The notes under the pieces: model-generated | Told to the model about the DNA's origin: nothing | Database searches by the model: none | Seen by the model: the letters and a program-made list of their open reading frames with translations, nothing else | Shown here: piece by piece, positions 47,873 to 57,613 of the stretch | How positions within the stretch are numbered: position 1 is the stretch's first letter | How the letters are laid out: the number at the start of each line of letters is the position of its first letter | Position numbers and translations under genes: made by a program | From: Promethearchaeota archaeon | GTDB lineage: Archaea > Asgardarchaeota > Lokiarchaeia > Sigyniarchaeales > SOKP01 | Reading direction: 5' to 3' | Assembly (NCBI GenBank): GCA_048939015.1 | Contig: JBHLPW010000001.1 | Span: 32,001 to 96,000 of the forward strand | Length of the DNA stretch: 64,000 bases

Positions 47873-49786
47873 TTAGTCATATTCAGCATCAACTACATTA
47901 TCATCTTGACCTGTTGCTTTTCGGAATTGTTCTTCTTCGATTTCATCTTGAGATTTACCTTGGTATCCATATGTTGCCCCCGGTGGAACATCTCCCATAC
48001 CTCCAGGGGGAGCTCCTTGATATGCTCCTTGATAAGGACCTTGTTGTTGACCATATATACGAGATGAAACTTCATGTAATGAATTCTGTAAAGCTTCTGT
48101 AGCACTCTTAATTCTACTGACATCATCAGATTCCATCGCACTTCTTAAGTCAGAAATTTTATCGAGTATTTTTGATTTTAAGTCACCGATTACACTTTCA
48201 TTTTCTTTAAGTAGTTTTTCTGTTTGGTAAATTAATGATTCTCCATGATTTTTTGCCTCGGTTAGCTCTTGGAATTTACGATCTTCTTCCGCGTTTCTCT
48301 CAGCTTCTCGAATCTTTTGGCTTATTTCATCATCAGACATCTTAGTAGAAGCAGTAATTGTTATGGACTGACTTTTTCCAGTACCTTTATCTTTCGCTGA
48401 CACATTAAGAATTCCGTTTTGATCAATATCAAAAGTTACTTCGATCTGTGGTACTCCCCTTGGAGCTGGTGGAATCCCATTCAAGTGAAACTTTCCTAAA
48501 GTTATATTATCGACTGCTCTTGGTCGTTCACCTTGTAACACATGAATCTCTACTGCTGGTTGATTATCTGCCGCTGTTGAAAATGTTTCAGTCTTTTTTG
48601 TTGGAATTGTAGTGTTTCTTTCGATTAATTTCGTAAAAACACCACCTAATGTCTCAACACCTAAGGATAATGGTGTAACATCTAATAATAACAAATCTTC
48701 AACTTCACCAGTTAACACGCCTCCTTGAACTGAGGCACCCATAGCAACACATTCCATTGGATCGATACTGCGTTCTGGAGCTTTACCAAGTAAATTTTCG
48801 AATTTCTTCTGTACAACAGGCATTCTTGTTGGACCTCCAACTAAAATTATTTTATCAATTTCTCCTCTTGCCATTCCAGCATCTTGCAAGGCTTTTAAAA
48901 TTGATGTATCTAATCTCTTTAATACTGGTTCAATGAGTTGTTCCAATTTAGCTCTTGTTAATGACATGTTAAGATGCTTTGGACCATTACTAGTTGCCGT
49001 TATATATGGTAAATTAATATCAGTTGTAATTGATGTAGATAATTCAATTTTAGCTTTCTCTGCCGCCTCTCGAATTCGTTGCATTGCCATGGAATCTCCT
49101 CGTAAATCTACACCTTGATCTTTCTGAAATTCTGAAACTAAATAGTCAACAAGAATTTTATCCATATCTGTACCTCCTAGTTGAGTGTCACCCGCAGTAG
49201 AGATCACTTCGAATACTTGATTATCCATTTCCATTATAGTGACATCAAAAGTACCTCCACCAAGATCTAATACGGCAATCTTTAATCTTGCATTTTTCTT
49301 ATCTAATCCATAAGCTACGGCTGCGGCAGTGGGTTCGTTAATTAAACGTTTCACATTCAATCCTGCGATCCTTCCCGCATCTTTTGTAGCTTGTCTTTGA
49401 TTATCGTTAAAATATGCTGGTACTGTAATAATCACATCAGATACTTCTTCACCTAAATAGGCACTAGCATCTTCTTTGATTTTTCTTAGAATCATTGCCG
49501 AAATTTCTTGAGGTGTATAATCCTTACCATCAATTGTTACCTTGTAAGATGTACCCATCTTTCTTTTGATAGCTGTAATTGTGCGATCTGGATTTGAAAT
49601 TGCTTGCCTTCTTGCTGGTTCTCCTACTAGTCTCTGGCCATCCTTCGTAAAAGCAACCACAGAAGGAAATGCCTTTCCACCCAAGGTTAATCCCTCAGCA
49701 CTTGGAATTATTGTTGGCTTACCACCAATTAATACCGCTGCTGCTGAATTTGATGTTCCTAAGTCAATTCCTATTATTTTTCCCAT
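47873..49786 (-). CDS. dnaK: Chaperone DnaK (Hsp70)
   Basis: [41 protein letters not shown]. Confidence 0.98.
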   Translation of the reverse strand: MGKIIGIDLGTSNSAAAVLIGGKPTIIPSAEGLTLGGKAFPSVVAFTKDGQRLVGEPARRQAISNPDRTITAIKRKMGTSYKVTIDGKDYTPQEISAMILRKIKEDASAYLGEEVSDVIITVPAYFNDNQRQATKDAGRIAGLNVKRLINEPTAAAVAYGLDKKNARLKIAVLDLGGGTFDVTIMEMDNQVFEVISTAGDTQLGGTDMDKILVDYLVSEFQKDQGVDLRGDSMAMQRIREAAEKAKIELSTSITTDINLPYITATSNGPKHLNMSLTRAKLEQLIEPVLKRLDTSILKALQDAGMARGEIDKIILVGGPTRMPVVQKKFENLLGKAPERSIDPMECVAMGASVQGGVLTGEVEDLLLLDVTPLSLGVETLGGVFTKLIERNTTIPTKKTETFSTAADNQPAVEIHVLQGERPRAVDNITLGKFHLNGIPPAPRGVPQIEVTFDIDQNGILNVSAKDKGTGKSQSITITASTKMSDDEISQKIREAERNAEEDRKFQELTEAKNHGESLIYQTEKLLKENESVIGDLKSKILDKISDLRSAMESDDVSRIKSATEALQNSLHEVSSRIYGQQQGPYQGAYQGAPPGGMGDVPPGATYGYQGKSQDEIEEEQFRKATGQDDNVVDAEYD

Positions 49787-49789
49787 AGT

Positions 49790-49798
49790 TTAGCACTC
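49790..49798. promoter_or_regulatory. CIRCE half-site (TTAGCACTC) overlapping the dnaK RBS
   Basis: The minus strand reads AGGAGTGCTAAACT-ATG. The partner half-site 9 nt away is absent. Confidence 0.3.
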
Positions 49799-49834
49799 CT
49801 TTTTTTAAATTTATTTGTAATATTTTGATTTTTT

Positions 49835-50563
49835 TTAATTTTCGTTTAATTTTTTTAATTTTGATTTTTTTGAGATTTTGACCTTTGCAGGTCTTAAAAT
49901 TCTATCTTTAATATAATAACCTTTAGTTATTTCTTCTAATATTGTGTTTTCCGGGAGATCATCTCTACCATCTTCAACTAGTATAGCTTCATGTTTGTAT
50001 GGATCAAATTTCTCACCTTCTGAATTCATTAGTTTCACACCCTCTTCGAAAAGTATTTTTTCAAATTTCTTCACTATTATTTCGAAACCATTTTTAATGC
50101 CTTCCATGTTTTCAACCATCTTAATTAAGTTCATTGCTCGAACTAAATCATCATAATGATCGATTAATTTTTTCAAAATTGTTTCAGTAACAAATTCTTT
50201 ATATTTGTTGTTTTCTCGTTCTGAACGCTTTTTATAATTCTCAAAATCTGCACGTATTCTTAAAAGAGAGTTCAAGAATTTTTCCTTTTCTTCCAGTAAT
50301 TCCTTGAATTTTCGACTGTCCTCCTTCATATCATCAAGCTCCTTGAGTAAACGGTCATTTTGAGTTTTAATTTTTTTATGCTCTTCCACTAATGCTTCAT
50401 ATTTTTCTGCCTTTGCTTTGAGAACCTTATACTCATTTCTAGGAACTAATATTTGATTTGATAATTCGCGTGAAAAACCACGATTACCATTATATCTATT
50501 AAAATATTCTTCAAATGTCATAGGTCGTATATCTCCCATCTCATTTATTAAACTATATGCCAT
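49835..50563 (-). CDS. grpE: Nucleotide exchange factor GrpE
   Basis: RADFENYKKR, GEKFDPYKHEA, KGYYIKDRILRPAKV. Confidence 0.95.
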   Translation of the reverse strand: MAYSLINEMGDIRPMTFEEYFNRYNGNRGFSRELSNQILVPRNEYKVLKAKAEKYEALVEEHKKIKTQNDRLLKELDDMKEDSRKFKELLEEKEKFLNSLLRIRADFENYKKRSERENNKYKEFVTETILKKLIDHYDDLVRAMNLIKMVENMEGIKNGFEIIVKKFEKILFEEGVKLMNSEGEKFDPYKHEAILVEDGRDDLPENTILEEITKGYYIKDRILRPAKVKISKKSKLKKLNEN

Positions 50564-50599
50564 TTCTTTATTTTTTGAGTTTTAAACCCCATATTTTTG

Positions 50600-50695
50600 T
50601 ATGTAATGTTTTCTTGTCAAGATAAACTTTACATATCTTAATATAACAATATTAATTTGCCTATTTAAAGATTACGTTTTTGAAAAAAAACGTAA
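50600..50695 (-). promoter_or_regulatory. grpE-dnaK-dnaJ promoter: TATA box flanked by two inverted repeats
   Basis: TTTAAATA (minus strand, 50662-50669); TTACGTTTTT-gaaa-AAAAACGTAA (50672-50695); imperfect IR TATGTAA..TCTTG-t-CAAGA..TTACATA (50600-50635). Confidence 0.6.
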
Positions 50696-50918
50696 GGTAC
50701 AGTTTAATGAGGAGGAGAAAGAAATTTTCTAGATTAATATTCGGTTTTAGTATTATTTTTTCTATTTATTTCAAATTATCATAAATATTATCAGATCAAT
50801 TAGGGAGAAAACTTAATTCAAGTTTCAGGACTTCACTTTTAAAATATAGTAATAATTAACTTTTTTTTTATAATTTTTAGATGTCTCATTAAAAAATTCA
50901 GATTTTTGTCATTATAAT

Positions 50919-51476
50919 ATGGATTATGTAAAGATTAATGGTAAAAAAGTTGCAATTGGTCAAAATACATTGTATTTAGAGAGTTTTAGCATAAATAGTA
51001 TTAGTGATATAAAAAGATTAAAGAAACTTACTAATTTGAGAGGGCTCTATTTAGAAAAGAATAATATTAAGACAATCGAAGGTTTAGACAATCTTATAAA
51101 TTTAAGAAAACTTCATTTAGAGGCAAATCATATTATAGAAATCAAAGGGTTAGAATCACTCGTTAATTTAGAAGAGTTAGAATTAAGAGGAAATAAAATT
51201 TTAAAAATTGAAGGCTTGGATAACTTAATCGAATTACAACACTTGGATTTAAGCAGAAATAAAATAAGTAGAATGGATGGATTAAATAATTTACATAAAC
51301 TTGAAAGGTTAGATCTAAGTGACAATGAAGTTGAGATTATTCCAGAATTCACGAGTAATCTTTATTCTCTAAAATATTTAGATTTAAGTTCAAATCCCAT
51401 AAAGAGGGATCAAAAAAATGCCAAAATTCTTGATGAAATGAAAAACAATGGAACTGAAATAATTCTAAACAATTGA
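50919..51476 (+). CDS. Leucine-rich repeat protein (SDS22-like)
   Basis: About six 22-aa LxxLxLxxNxIxxIEGLxxLxx repeats. Confidence 0.92.
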   Translation: MDYVKINGKKVAIGQNTLYLESFSINSISDIKRLKKLTNLRGLYLEKNNIKTIEGLDNLINLRKLHLEANHIIEIKGLESLVNLEELELRGNKILKIEGLDNLIELQHLDLSRNKISRMDGLNNLHKLERLDLSDNEVEIIPEFTSNLYSLKYLDLSSNPIKRDQKNAKILDEMKNNGTEIILNN

Positions 51477-51517
51477 TATCCTTTTTTTATAAAAAAAATT
51501 TAGAAAAAAATTATATT

Positions 51518-52291
51518 TTATAATATTTTTTTCTCTCGAATAATTAAATATACAATTCCTACTAGTATTAGAGTTCCAGAAATAATCGCAGTTATAGCAA
51601 TGGTTAAATTGAGTGTTATTTGCTTTATAAAAATCCCCAATAATGCCCAAACTACCACGAAACTGTAAAAATAATCTTTCCGTAATAAAAGCATAGCATA
51701 TGTTATAAGTACAGCCACTACAATTACAACAATAGTTAAAATCTCTGCTAATAAACCAAAACTACTAACACCAAGAACAACAAATACTGCTGTTACATTA
51801 GCTATAGTTGCAACAGTTATCCAACCTAAGTAAATACTAAATGGTATGTGTGTAGCAATTTTTTCCATTTTGGAGACATCTGATTTCCCGATATTTAACT
51901 TTGTATAAATCAGTAACAACGAGATCAGTAGGATAATCATAAAAACAAGAGATAGCGGTACTAATTTATAATGCCATACAATAATCCATATAACATTAGC
52001 TAGGCTTCCGATAATAAAAAAATATCCGATTTCATCTAAGTATTTCATTTCAATCTTGTCTTTTTTGAATATATCTCTAATTTGATATATTGAAAAAAGT
52101 CCTAGAAAGAGATAGATAACGCTCCAAATTGAAAAGGTAATTCCTGCTGGTACAAACAAGTTTGGGATTGCATCAGATAACTCTTCAGTAGTTCCAAGTC
52201 CAATTGGTAAAGTAACTGCTAGAAAATTTACAATAACGGTTGCAATATATCCAATAAGATTTAAAATCTGTAAAATTTCTTTCTTTAACAT
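51518..52291 (-). CDS. TspO-related (tryptophan-rich sensory) membrane protein
   Basis: PAGITFSIWSVIY, PFSIYLGWITVATIAN, VVWALLGI. Confidence 0.8.
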   Translation of the reverse strand: MLKKEILQILNLIGYIATVIVNFLAVTLPIGLGTTEELSDAIPNLFVPAGITFSIWSVIYLFLGLFSIYQIRDIFKKDKIEMKYLDEIGYFFIIGSLANVIWIIVWHYKLVPLSLVFMIILLISLLLIYTKLNIGKSDVSKMEKIATHIPFSIYLGWITVATIANVTAVFVVLGVSSFGLLAEILTIVVIVVAVLITYAMLLLRKDYFYSFVVVWALLGIFIKQITLNLTIAITAIISGTLILVGIVYLIIREKKIL

Positions 52292-52605
52292 TCCAAAAAT
52301 TGACTCCGTTTTGTTATTTACATTTATTATTTTAATATTGATTTAAGGATATCTAATTAATTTTAACCGTTCATATTATTTATCAATTCTACTTGTATTA
52401 AATAAAAAAAATAAGGCAAATTAGAGATTTGGAAAGGAATTCTATATCTCTTATTTATAATCTAAAAATTGGTAATTAATTAAATTTTGACAAAATTTTG
52501 TTTAATAAATATTGTGAATTGTTATTTTTTACATGAAAGATTTAAAAGAGAAGTTAATACTTACGTACATAATTTCTCAATCTTAAATTTTAAAGGCTGT
52601 TTTAT

Positions 52606-53091
52606 ATGACTTTTAAATTAGATGCGTATTGTGGTCTTTATTGTGGAGCATGTTTTATTATGACTGCTTATAACCAGAACCGTACAGATTGTATACCAAT
52701 TGAGTGGAAAAGCAGAATTCAAAATATGGATTTGAAATGTTATGGGTGCAAAAGCGATACTTTATTTGAAAATTGTCGAGGATGTAATATTCGCAAATGT
52801 GCTGAATCAAAGAATATAGAATTTTGCAACAAATGTTCTGAGTATCCTTGTGAGGAATTTAAAAGAATAGAAAAATATAATTTGCCACATCACAATGTTT
52901 CAGTTTATAGTTTTGATAGTATTAAAAAGATTGGAGTTAAAAAATGGTTAGAGCAACAAAAAGAACGATGGTTATGTTCCAAATGTAAAAATCCTTTTTC
53001 ATGGTATGAAGAAAATTGTATTAAATGTGGAAGTGATTTATACAATAGTGTTAAAGAATTTGAAAAACTAAAACATAATTCAAGAAGATAA
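52606..53091 (+). CDS. DUF3795-like Cys-rich protein
   Basis: AYCGLYCGAC, CYGC, CNIRKC, FCNKCSEYPC, C-terminal zinc ribbon. Confidence 0.82.
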   Translation: MTFKLDAYCGLYCGACFIMTAYNQNRTDCIPIEWKSRIQNMDLKCYGCKSDTLFENCRGCNIRKCAESKNIEFCNKCSEYPCEEFKRIEKYNLPHHNVSVYSFDSIKKIGVKKWLEQQKERWLCSKCKNPFSWYEENCIKCGSDLYNSVKEFEKLKHNSRR

Positions 53092-53223
53092 AATAAAATT
53101 CATACAAACTGAGTGAAAAAATTCAACTTTTTTTTTTATTCCTAACAGCTAATTCATGGAAAAGTTAAAAATTTAGATTTAATTTAATTTTAGCAAATTT
53201 GATAAAATTATAGGAGATTAATT

Positions 53224-53739
53224 ATGGAATTTTATGCAGTAGTTAGAAAACGGAGGAGTTTTCGAGCTTATCAACCAGAAATGCCAGAAAAAGAAAAAAT
53301 TGATAGAATTTTAGAAGCAGCGCGCCTAGCACCAACATGGGCCAATCTACAGGGTGTTCACTATATCCTGGTACAGAAACCAGAAAATGTAAAAGCTGTT
53401 TGGAATGCAATTGAACAAGACACTAAGTTTATCGAAGCACCAATGTTTATAATTGGAACTATTGCCCCCAGTGGATCAGGTACGAATAAGAGTGGTGAAC
53501 CATACTATGGTGTTGACTTTGGGATTTGTTTTGAGCACTTAATTTTAGCAGCAACTGTTGAAGGATTAGCAACTTGTTGGATCGGTTATTTTAATGAGGA
53601 GAAGATTAAAAAATTATTAAAGATCCCAAAAAAATATAAAGTAATGGGAATAACACCTCTAGGATATTCAATTAAGCCAAAAGGAGAAGTAAAAGAAAGA
53701 AAATCTATTGAGAAAATTGTTCATTATGAGCAATTTTAA
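53224..53739 (+). CDS. Nitroreductase family protein
   Basis: RRSFRAY, ILEAARLAPTWANLQ, LAATVEGLATCWIG. Confidence 0.93.
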   Translation: MEFYAVVRKRRSFRAYQPEMPEKEKIDRILEAARLAPTWANLQGVHYILVQKPENVKAVWNAIEQDTKFIEAPMFIIGTIAPSGSGTNKSGEPYYGVDFGICFEHLILAATVEGLATCWIGYFNEEKIKKLLKIPKKYKVMGITPLGYSIKPKGEVKERKSIEKIVHYEQF

Positions 53740-53777
53740 TTTAATTAATATTTTTTTATATAAGTTTTATTTTACCT

Positions 53778-53960
53778 ATGCGAATAAGAAAATGTTTTAG
53801 ATGTGGAAAAGATTTGGATTATGAGAGTTATATTAAAAATGGTAATTCTAACGATATCGAACATTTAACCGAAATTTGGGAATGCAATTATATTGAATTA
53901 TTTTGTTGTCATTGTTATTGCTTGAAAATAAAATATCAATCAAATATAAAAAAAGAATAA
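53778..53960 (+). CDS. Small Cys-rich zinc-finger protein
   Basis: CFRCG...W....IELFCCHCY; 60 aa. Confidence 0.65.
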   Translation: MRIRKCFRCGKDLDYESYIKNGNSNDIEHLTEIWECNYIELFCCHCYCLKIKYQSNIKKE

Positions 53961-54044
53961 CTCTATAATTAAATAAAGACAGAATATTGATTTCCATTTA
54001 TTTAAATTATTTTCCTTTAAATAGTTCTAATTTTAATTTATTTC

Positions 54045-54326
54045 ATGAAAAATAAGTCTGAAGTTCTTTGTGAAATAATTTACATTGACCATAAATATAA
54101 TCGCTTAACGAGTCGAATTGGGACTGTTAATAAGCATCAATTAAATGATTATTCCAAAAATTCAAATGATTTTATCATTTTTAATGAAAAATATAACGCT
54201 CCAATTTTGAAATCTGATATTAAAGAAATAATTATTCATCAAGATAATAGGCCAACTTCCTTTAAAATAGAAGATTTAAGAATAAATAAATATACAAAAG
54301 TTCAGAGAACTGGAAAAGTTAGTTAA
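54045..54326 (+). CDS. Hypothetical protein
   Basis: 93-aa ORF filling the gap, with an upstream TTTAAATA. Confidence 0.5.
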   Translation: MKNKSEVLCEIIYIDHKYNRLTSRIGTVNKHQLNDYSKNSNDFIIFNEKYNAPILKSDIKEIIIHQDNRPTSFKIEDLRINKYTKVQRTGKVS

Positions 54327-54373
54327 TAAGTAAAAATCCATAGTAATTTCCATTATCTTCTAAAATCATTAAA

Positions 54374-54778
54374 TTATTTATTTTTAAGTTTAAAAAGGAT
54401 TTCTTCCAGTATTTTTATTACCTTTTCTGTGTACTTTTGTTGATTTGGATAATTATAACTGAAATTTTTCCAATATGGTCGCTTATGCCCGATTTTAAAT
54501 TTAACTCCTTTCATAGAAGTCATATAAGAATTATTATCAATTTTAGTAGCAATCTGATCAGCAATTATATACCAGTGAAATTTAGTATTAATAGCCGCTC
54601 CTGTATTATTAGGTGCAGACTTATTCCTTTTTTTTATACTCTCGAATTTAAAATTCCATTTATCAGGTTCTATTTTAGTTTCATACCATTTTGCATTGGT
54701 ATAATTCCAGAAATGAGAATTCCCTATTTTCATTCCAGTATATATTTTATTATTAAACTTTTTGAGAGTATTATACAT
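54374..54778 (-). CDS. Hypothetical protein (Trp/aromatic, basic, beta-rich)
   Basis: YTGMKIGNSHFWNY...W.ETK..PDKW...FHWYIIADQ...FKIGHKRP reads as a folded, conserved-type sequence. Confidence 0.75.
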   Translation of the reverse strand: MYNTLKKFNNKIYTGMKIGNSHFWNYTNAKWYETKIEPDKWNFKFESIKKRNKSAPNNTGAAINTKFHWYIIADQIATKIDNNSYMTSMKGVKFKIGHKRPYWKNFSYNYPNQQKYTEKVIKILEEILFKLKNK

Positions 54779-54898
54779 TATGCGATCAAGTAATTCGATA
54801 TTAAAACATATGTCAAAAAAACAAGATCATATAAAAACAATAATAGTCCTAAAATTTTTTATTTAAAATAAAAAAAAATTATTAAGAGAATTTATTAA

Positions 54899-55333
54899 TT
54901 ATTTTTCAGTTTTCCATTTATATTGTTTTGGGCCAGCAAATATTAAGACCAATGCGGGTATTATGATTGCAAATCCACCCCATCCATATCCTAACACTTC
55001 TATAATTATTCCCCATAAAAGCATCCATGGGAATCTTATACTTCCAAGTGGTAATATCCACTCATATAAACCATCCCAATCTTTATTAGCACATTTATTT
55101 GAGAATTTAGGCCTAATTACAAAAAATGAGATTAATATTACTAAAATTCCAGCTATGATCCACCAAATAGGATATCCCATACCTGCTGCTCCTATACCAT
55201 ATGGTAAAGCTGCAAGTAGGGTAATAGTAGGAATAGATATTACAATGTCGATAATTCCACTCACAATTCCTATTATCCAAGCCCATTTCCCTAGAGTTGA
55301 TACCCATGATGCATGCTTCCATTCTGTACTCAT
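54899..55333 (-). CDS. Small integral membrane protein
   Basis: 3-4 TM segments, Trp/Gly-rich, GAGGT RBS. Confidence 0.75.
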   Translation of the reverse strand: MSTEWKHASWVSTLGKWAWIIGIVSGIIDIVISIPTITLLAALPYGIGAAGMGYPIWWIIAGILVILISFFVIRPKFSNKCANKDWDGLYEWILPLGSIRFPWMLLWGIIIEVLGYGWGGFAIIIPALVLIFAGPKQYKWKTEK

Positions 55334-55511
55334 ATCTTGTACCTCAATCCTTATTTTTTTATATTTGATAATTGATTTTTCAAAGTAAAAAAAAATCTAT
55401 TCCTTACTAGAATTAAAAATAATTTAAATAGTATTTAGTTATAACTCAGTATCCATATTGGGTAACTAAAAATTGAAAATTTGAATTAAATTAGCTCTTT
55501 TTCTTATAGAT

Positions 55512-56978
55512 TTAAGTTTTCGATTCGAGTATTTCTCCTACATAGTATAACCCTACTAAGTTTCCTCTACGCTCAAATTTCCTTGAGACTAATAGAATTA
55601 TTACATGCTCATTCTCATCCAATAATTTATTGTCAACAGCATGTTTTACAGATTGTTCTATGATTTCTTCAGCATCCATATTAAAGAAATCTATATTTTC
55701 AATATGAATTGCTTGGACGGCCCATACCAAATTTAATTCTCGTGCAGTTCTTTTATAGGGGGTTATTGCAATTATTGGTAAGGGAGGTCTATATTTCGCA
55801 ATCATTCTTGCTCCATACCCCTTTCTCGTAATCACCAAAATTTTTCCTCTAAAGTTTAATTCTTCCATTTCAGTTGCCAATGAATGAATAGCATGACCTA
55901 AAGTTTGAGTATGAGTTAATCTATCAGAATCGTATTTATCAGGTGTCCTTTTAGGCATGTTTTCAGTTGCAGTTTTAGCGATTTGATTCATATATTGGAC
56001 AGCATTAATTGGATATTTTCCGACCGCAGTCTCTGCTGAGAGCATTACTGCATCAGCTCCATCCATTACTGCATTATATACATCATTAGCCTCCGCTCTG
56101 GTTGGGATAGGATTAGAAACCATCGATTCAAGCATTTGAGTTGCAACAATAATAGGTTTTCCTTCACGATTACTTTTATAAATCATTTCCTTCTGCCATA
56201 ATGGGACTTTATCTGGATCTATCTCAACGCCTAAGTCCCCTCTAGCAACCATTATTCCGTCGCTTACTTCGAGTATCTGATCAAAGTTGGTTAAAGCTAT
56301 AGGTCGTTCAATTTTAGAAATTAATTTAATTTTAGAATTACCATAGTTTTCAAGTAATCTTTTAACATGTAATACATCATCCCCTCCTGAGACAAAGGAT
56401 ATTGCAACATATTCAGGATTAATTTTTGCAATAAATTCAAGATCTTTAACATCCTTTTCAGTTGGGACTTTTTGAGATAATTCTCCAGCAGGAATATTAA
56501 CACCCTTTCTATTACTAATTGTACCTCCCGCTAAAACCTCTCCTACTATATGATCGGATTCTTTCACAATAACTTTAATTTTAATAATTCCATCATTTAC
56601 AAAAAAAGAATCGCCTATATTCATTGAATTAAGAAAACCAGTTAATGGAACGGAGAATTGATTTTGATCACCTTCAATATCTTTCTCAAAGACTTTTACT
56701 TTTTGGCCAATTCCTAAGTTATAGGCTTTATCTTCCTTAAATTTTCCAACCCTAATTTTCGGTCCTTGAATATCAGCCAAAATGCCTATATGTTTAACAT
56801 TCTCACTTACTTCTCTAATTCTTTCAGCTAATTCTCTTTTTTCTTCATGAGTTCCATGTGAGAAATTCAATCTAAAAATATCAACTCCGGTGTCTATTAA
56901 TTTTCTAAGCATTTCTTTTGAACTTGAGGCTGGACCAAGCGTACTTACTATTTTCACTGTATTTTCTCTAAATGACAT
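55512..56978 (-). CDS. pyk: Pyruvate kinase
   Basis: KIVSTLGPAS, RLNFSHG, ISKIE, MVARGDLG, ATQMLESM, PTRAE. Confidence 0.97.
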   Translation of the reverse strand: MSFRENTVKIVSTLGPASSSKEMLRKLIDTGVDIFRLNFSHGTHEEKRELAERIREVSENVKHIGILADIQGPKIRVGKFKEDKAYNLGIGQKVKVFEKDIEGDQNQFSVPLTGFLNSMNIGDSFFVNDGIIKIKVIVKESDHIVGEVLAGGTISNRKGVNIPAGELSQKVPTEKDVKDLEFIAKINPEYVAISFVSGGDDVLHVKRLLENYGNSKIKLISKIERPIALTNFDQILEVSDGIMVARGDLGVEIDPDKVPLWQKEMIYKSNREGKPIIVATQMLESMVSNPIPTRAEANDVYNAVMDGADAVMLSAETAVGKYPINAVQYMNQIAKTATENMPKRTPDKYDSDRLTHTQTLGHAIHSLATEMEELNFRGKILVITRKGYGARMIAKYRPPLPIIAITPYKRTARELNLVWAVQAIHIENIDFFNMDAEEIIEQSVKHAVDNKLLDENEHVIILLVSRKFERRGNLVGLYYVGEILESKT

Positions 56979-57072
56979 TATTTTAACCTTATTATAATTT
57001 TAAAATTAGTTTGGAATTTGAAATCTAAACTATTAAAGTGATTAATATAATTATTGTGTTTATGCTTAAAAA

Positions 57073-57543
57073 TTATTCATTTTCTACTATATTCCTTATT
57101 TTATCTAACTTATTACGATATTCTGTCCTATATGATTTCAGTCTTTCGATTAGATTAATAAAATCTTTAATTTCCTTAATTTCTTTTAATAACAGCAATT
57201 GTATTCGAAAAGTTTTTGGAAAAATTGAATATTGAATCAGCTTTAAATCATTTTTTATAGCAATGTTTCGTGCTATTTGAACTAACAAATCAGAACTACT
57301 ATTTGCTAATGTAATAGCTAAAAAATACCTTAATTTTGGTGTTTTGGCGAAATTTTTTACACTAAAAAAATAATAATTTCTATATTTATTCCTTAAATCG
57401 TAAATATTTTCTATGGTTAAGGTTTTAGACGTACTATCAACAATCTCAGAGATCGGAGCATGTTTTCCTTTTATTTTTTTAGCGTTTTTAATTATTTCAT
57501 TCTTAATGAATGATTTCAAATCCGGTTTGATTGAATTTTGCAT
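57073..57543 (-). CDS. Hypothetical protein
   Basis: 156-aa ORF, co-oriented between aor and pyk. Confidence 0.65.
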   Translation of the reverse strand: MQNSIKPDLKSFIKNEIIKNAKKIKGKHAPISEIVDSTSKTLTIENIYDLRNKYRNYYFFSVKNFAKTPKLRYFLAITLANSSSDLLVQIARNIAIKNDLKLIQYSIFPKTFRIQLLLLKEIKEIKDFINLIERLKSYRTEYRNKLDKIRNIVENE

Positions 57544-57613
57544 TTTTTATTTTCCTAATCTGTTTAAAAATAAAACTTAAACCTCTTTAACTATAGTCTT
57601 ATAAAAACATGAG

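Noticed and set aside
54437-55388. + strand ORFs 54437..54793 and 54963..55388
   Set aside because: They fully overlap better-supported minus-strand genes.
55434-55470. Hairpin between pyk and the downstream membrane gene
   Set aside because: It needs G-U pairs that form only on the + strand, while the flanking genes are on the minus strand; weak in an AT-rich background.
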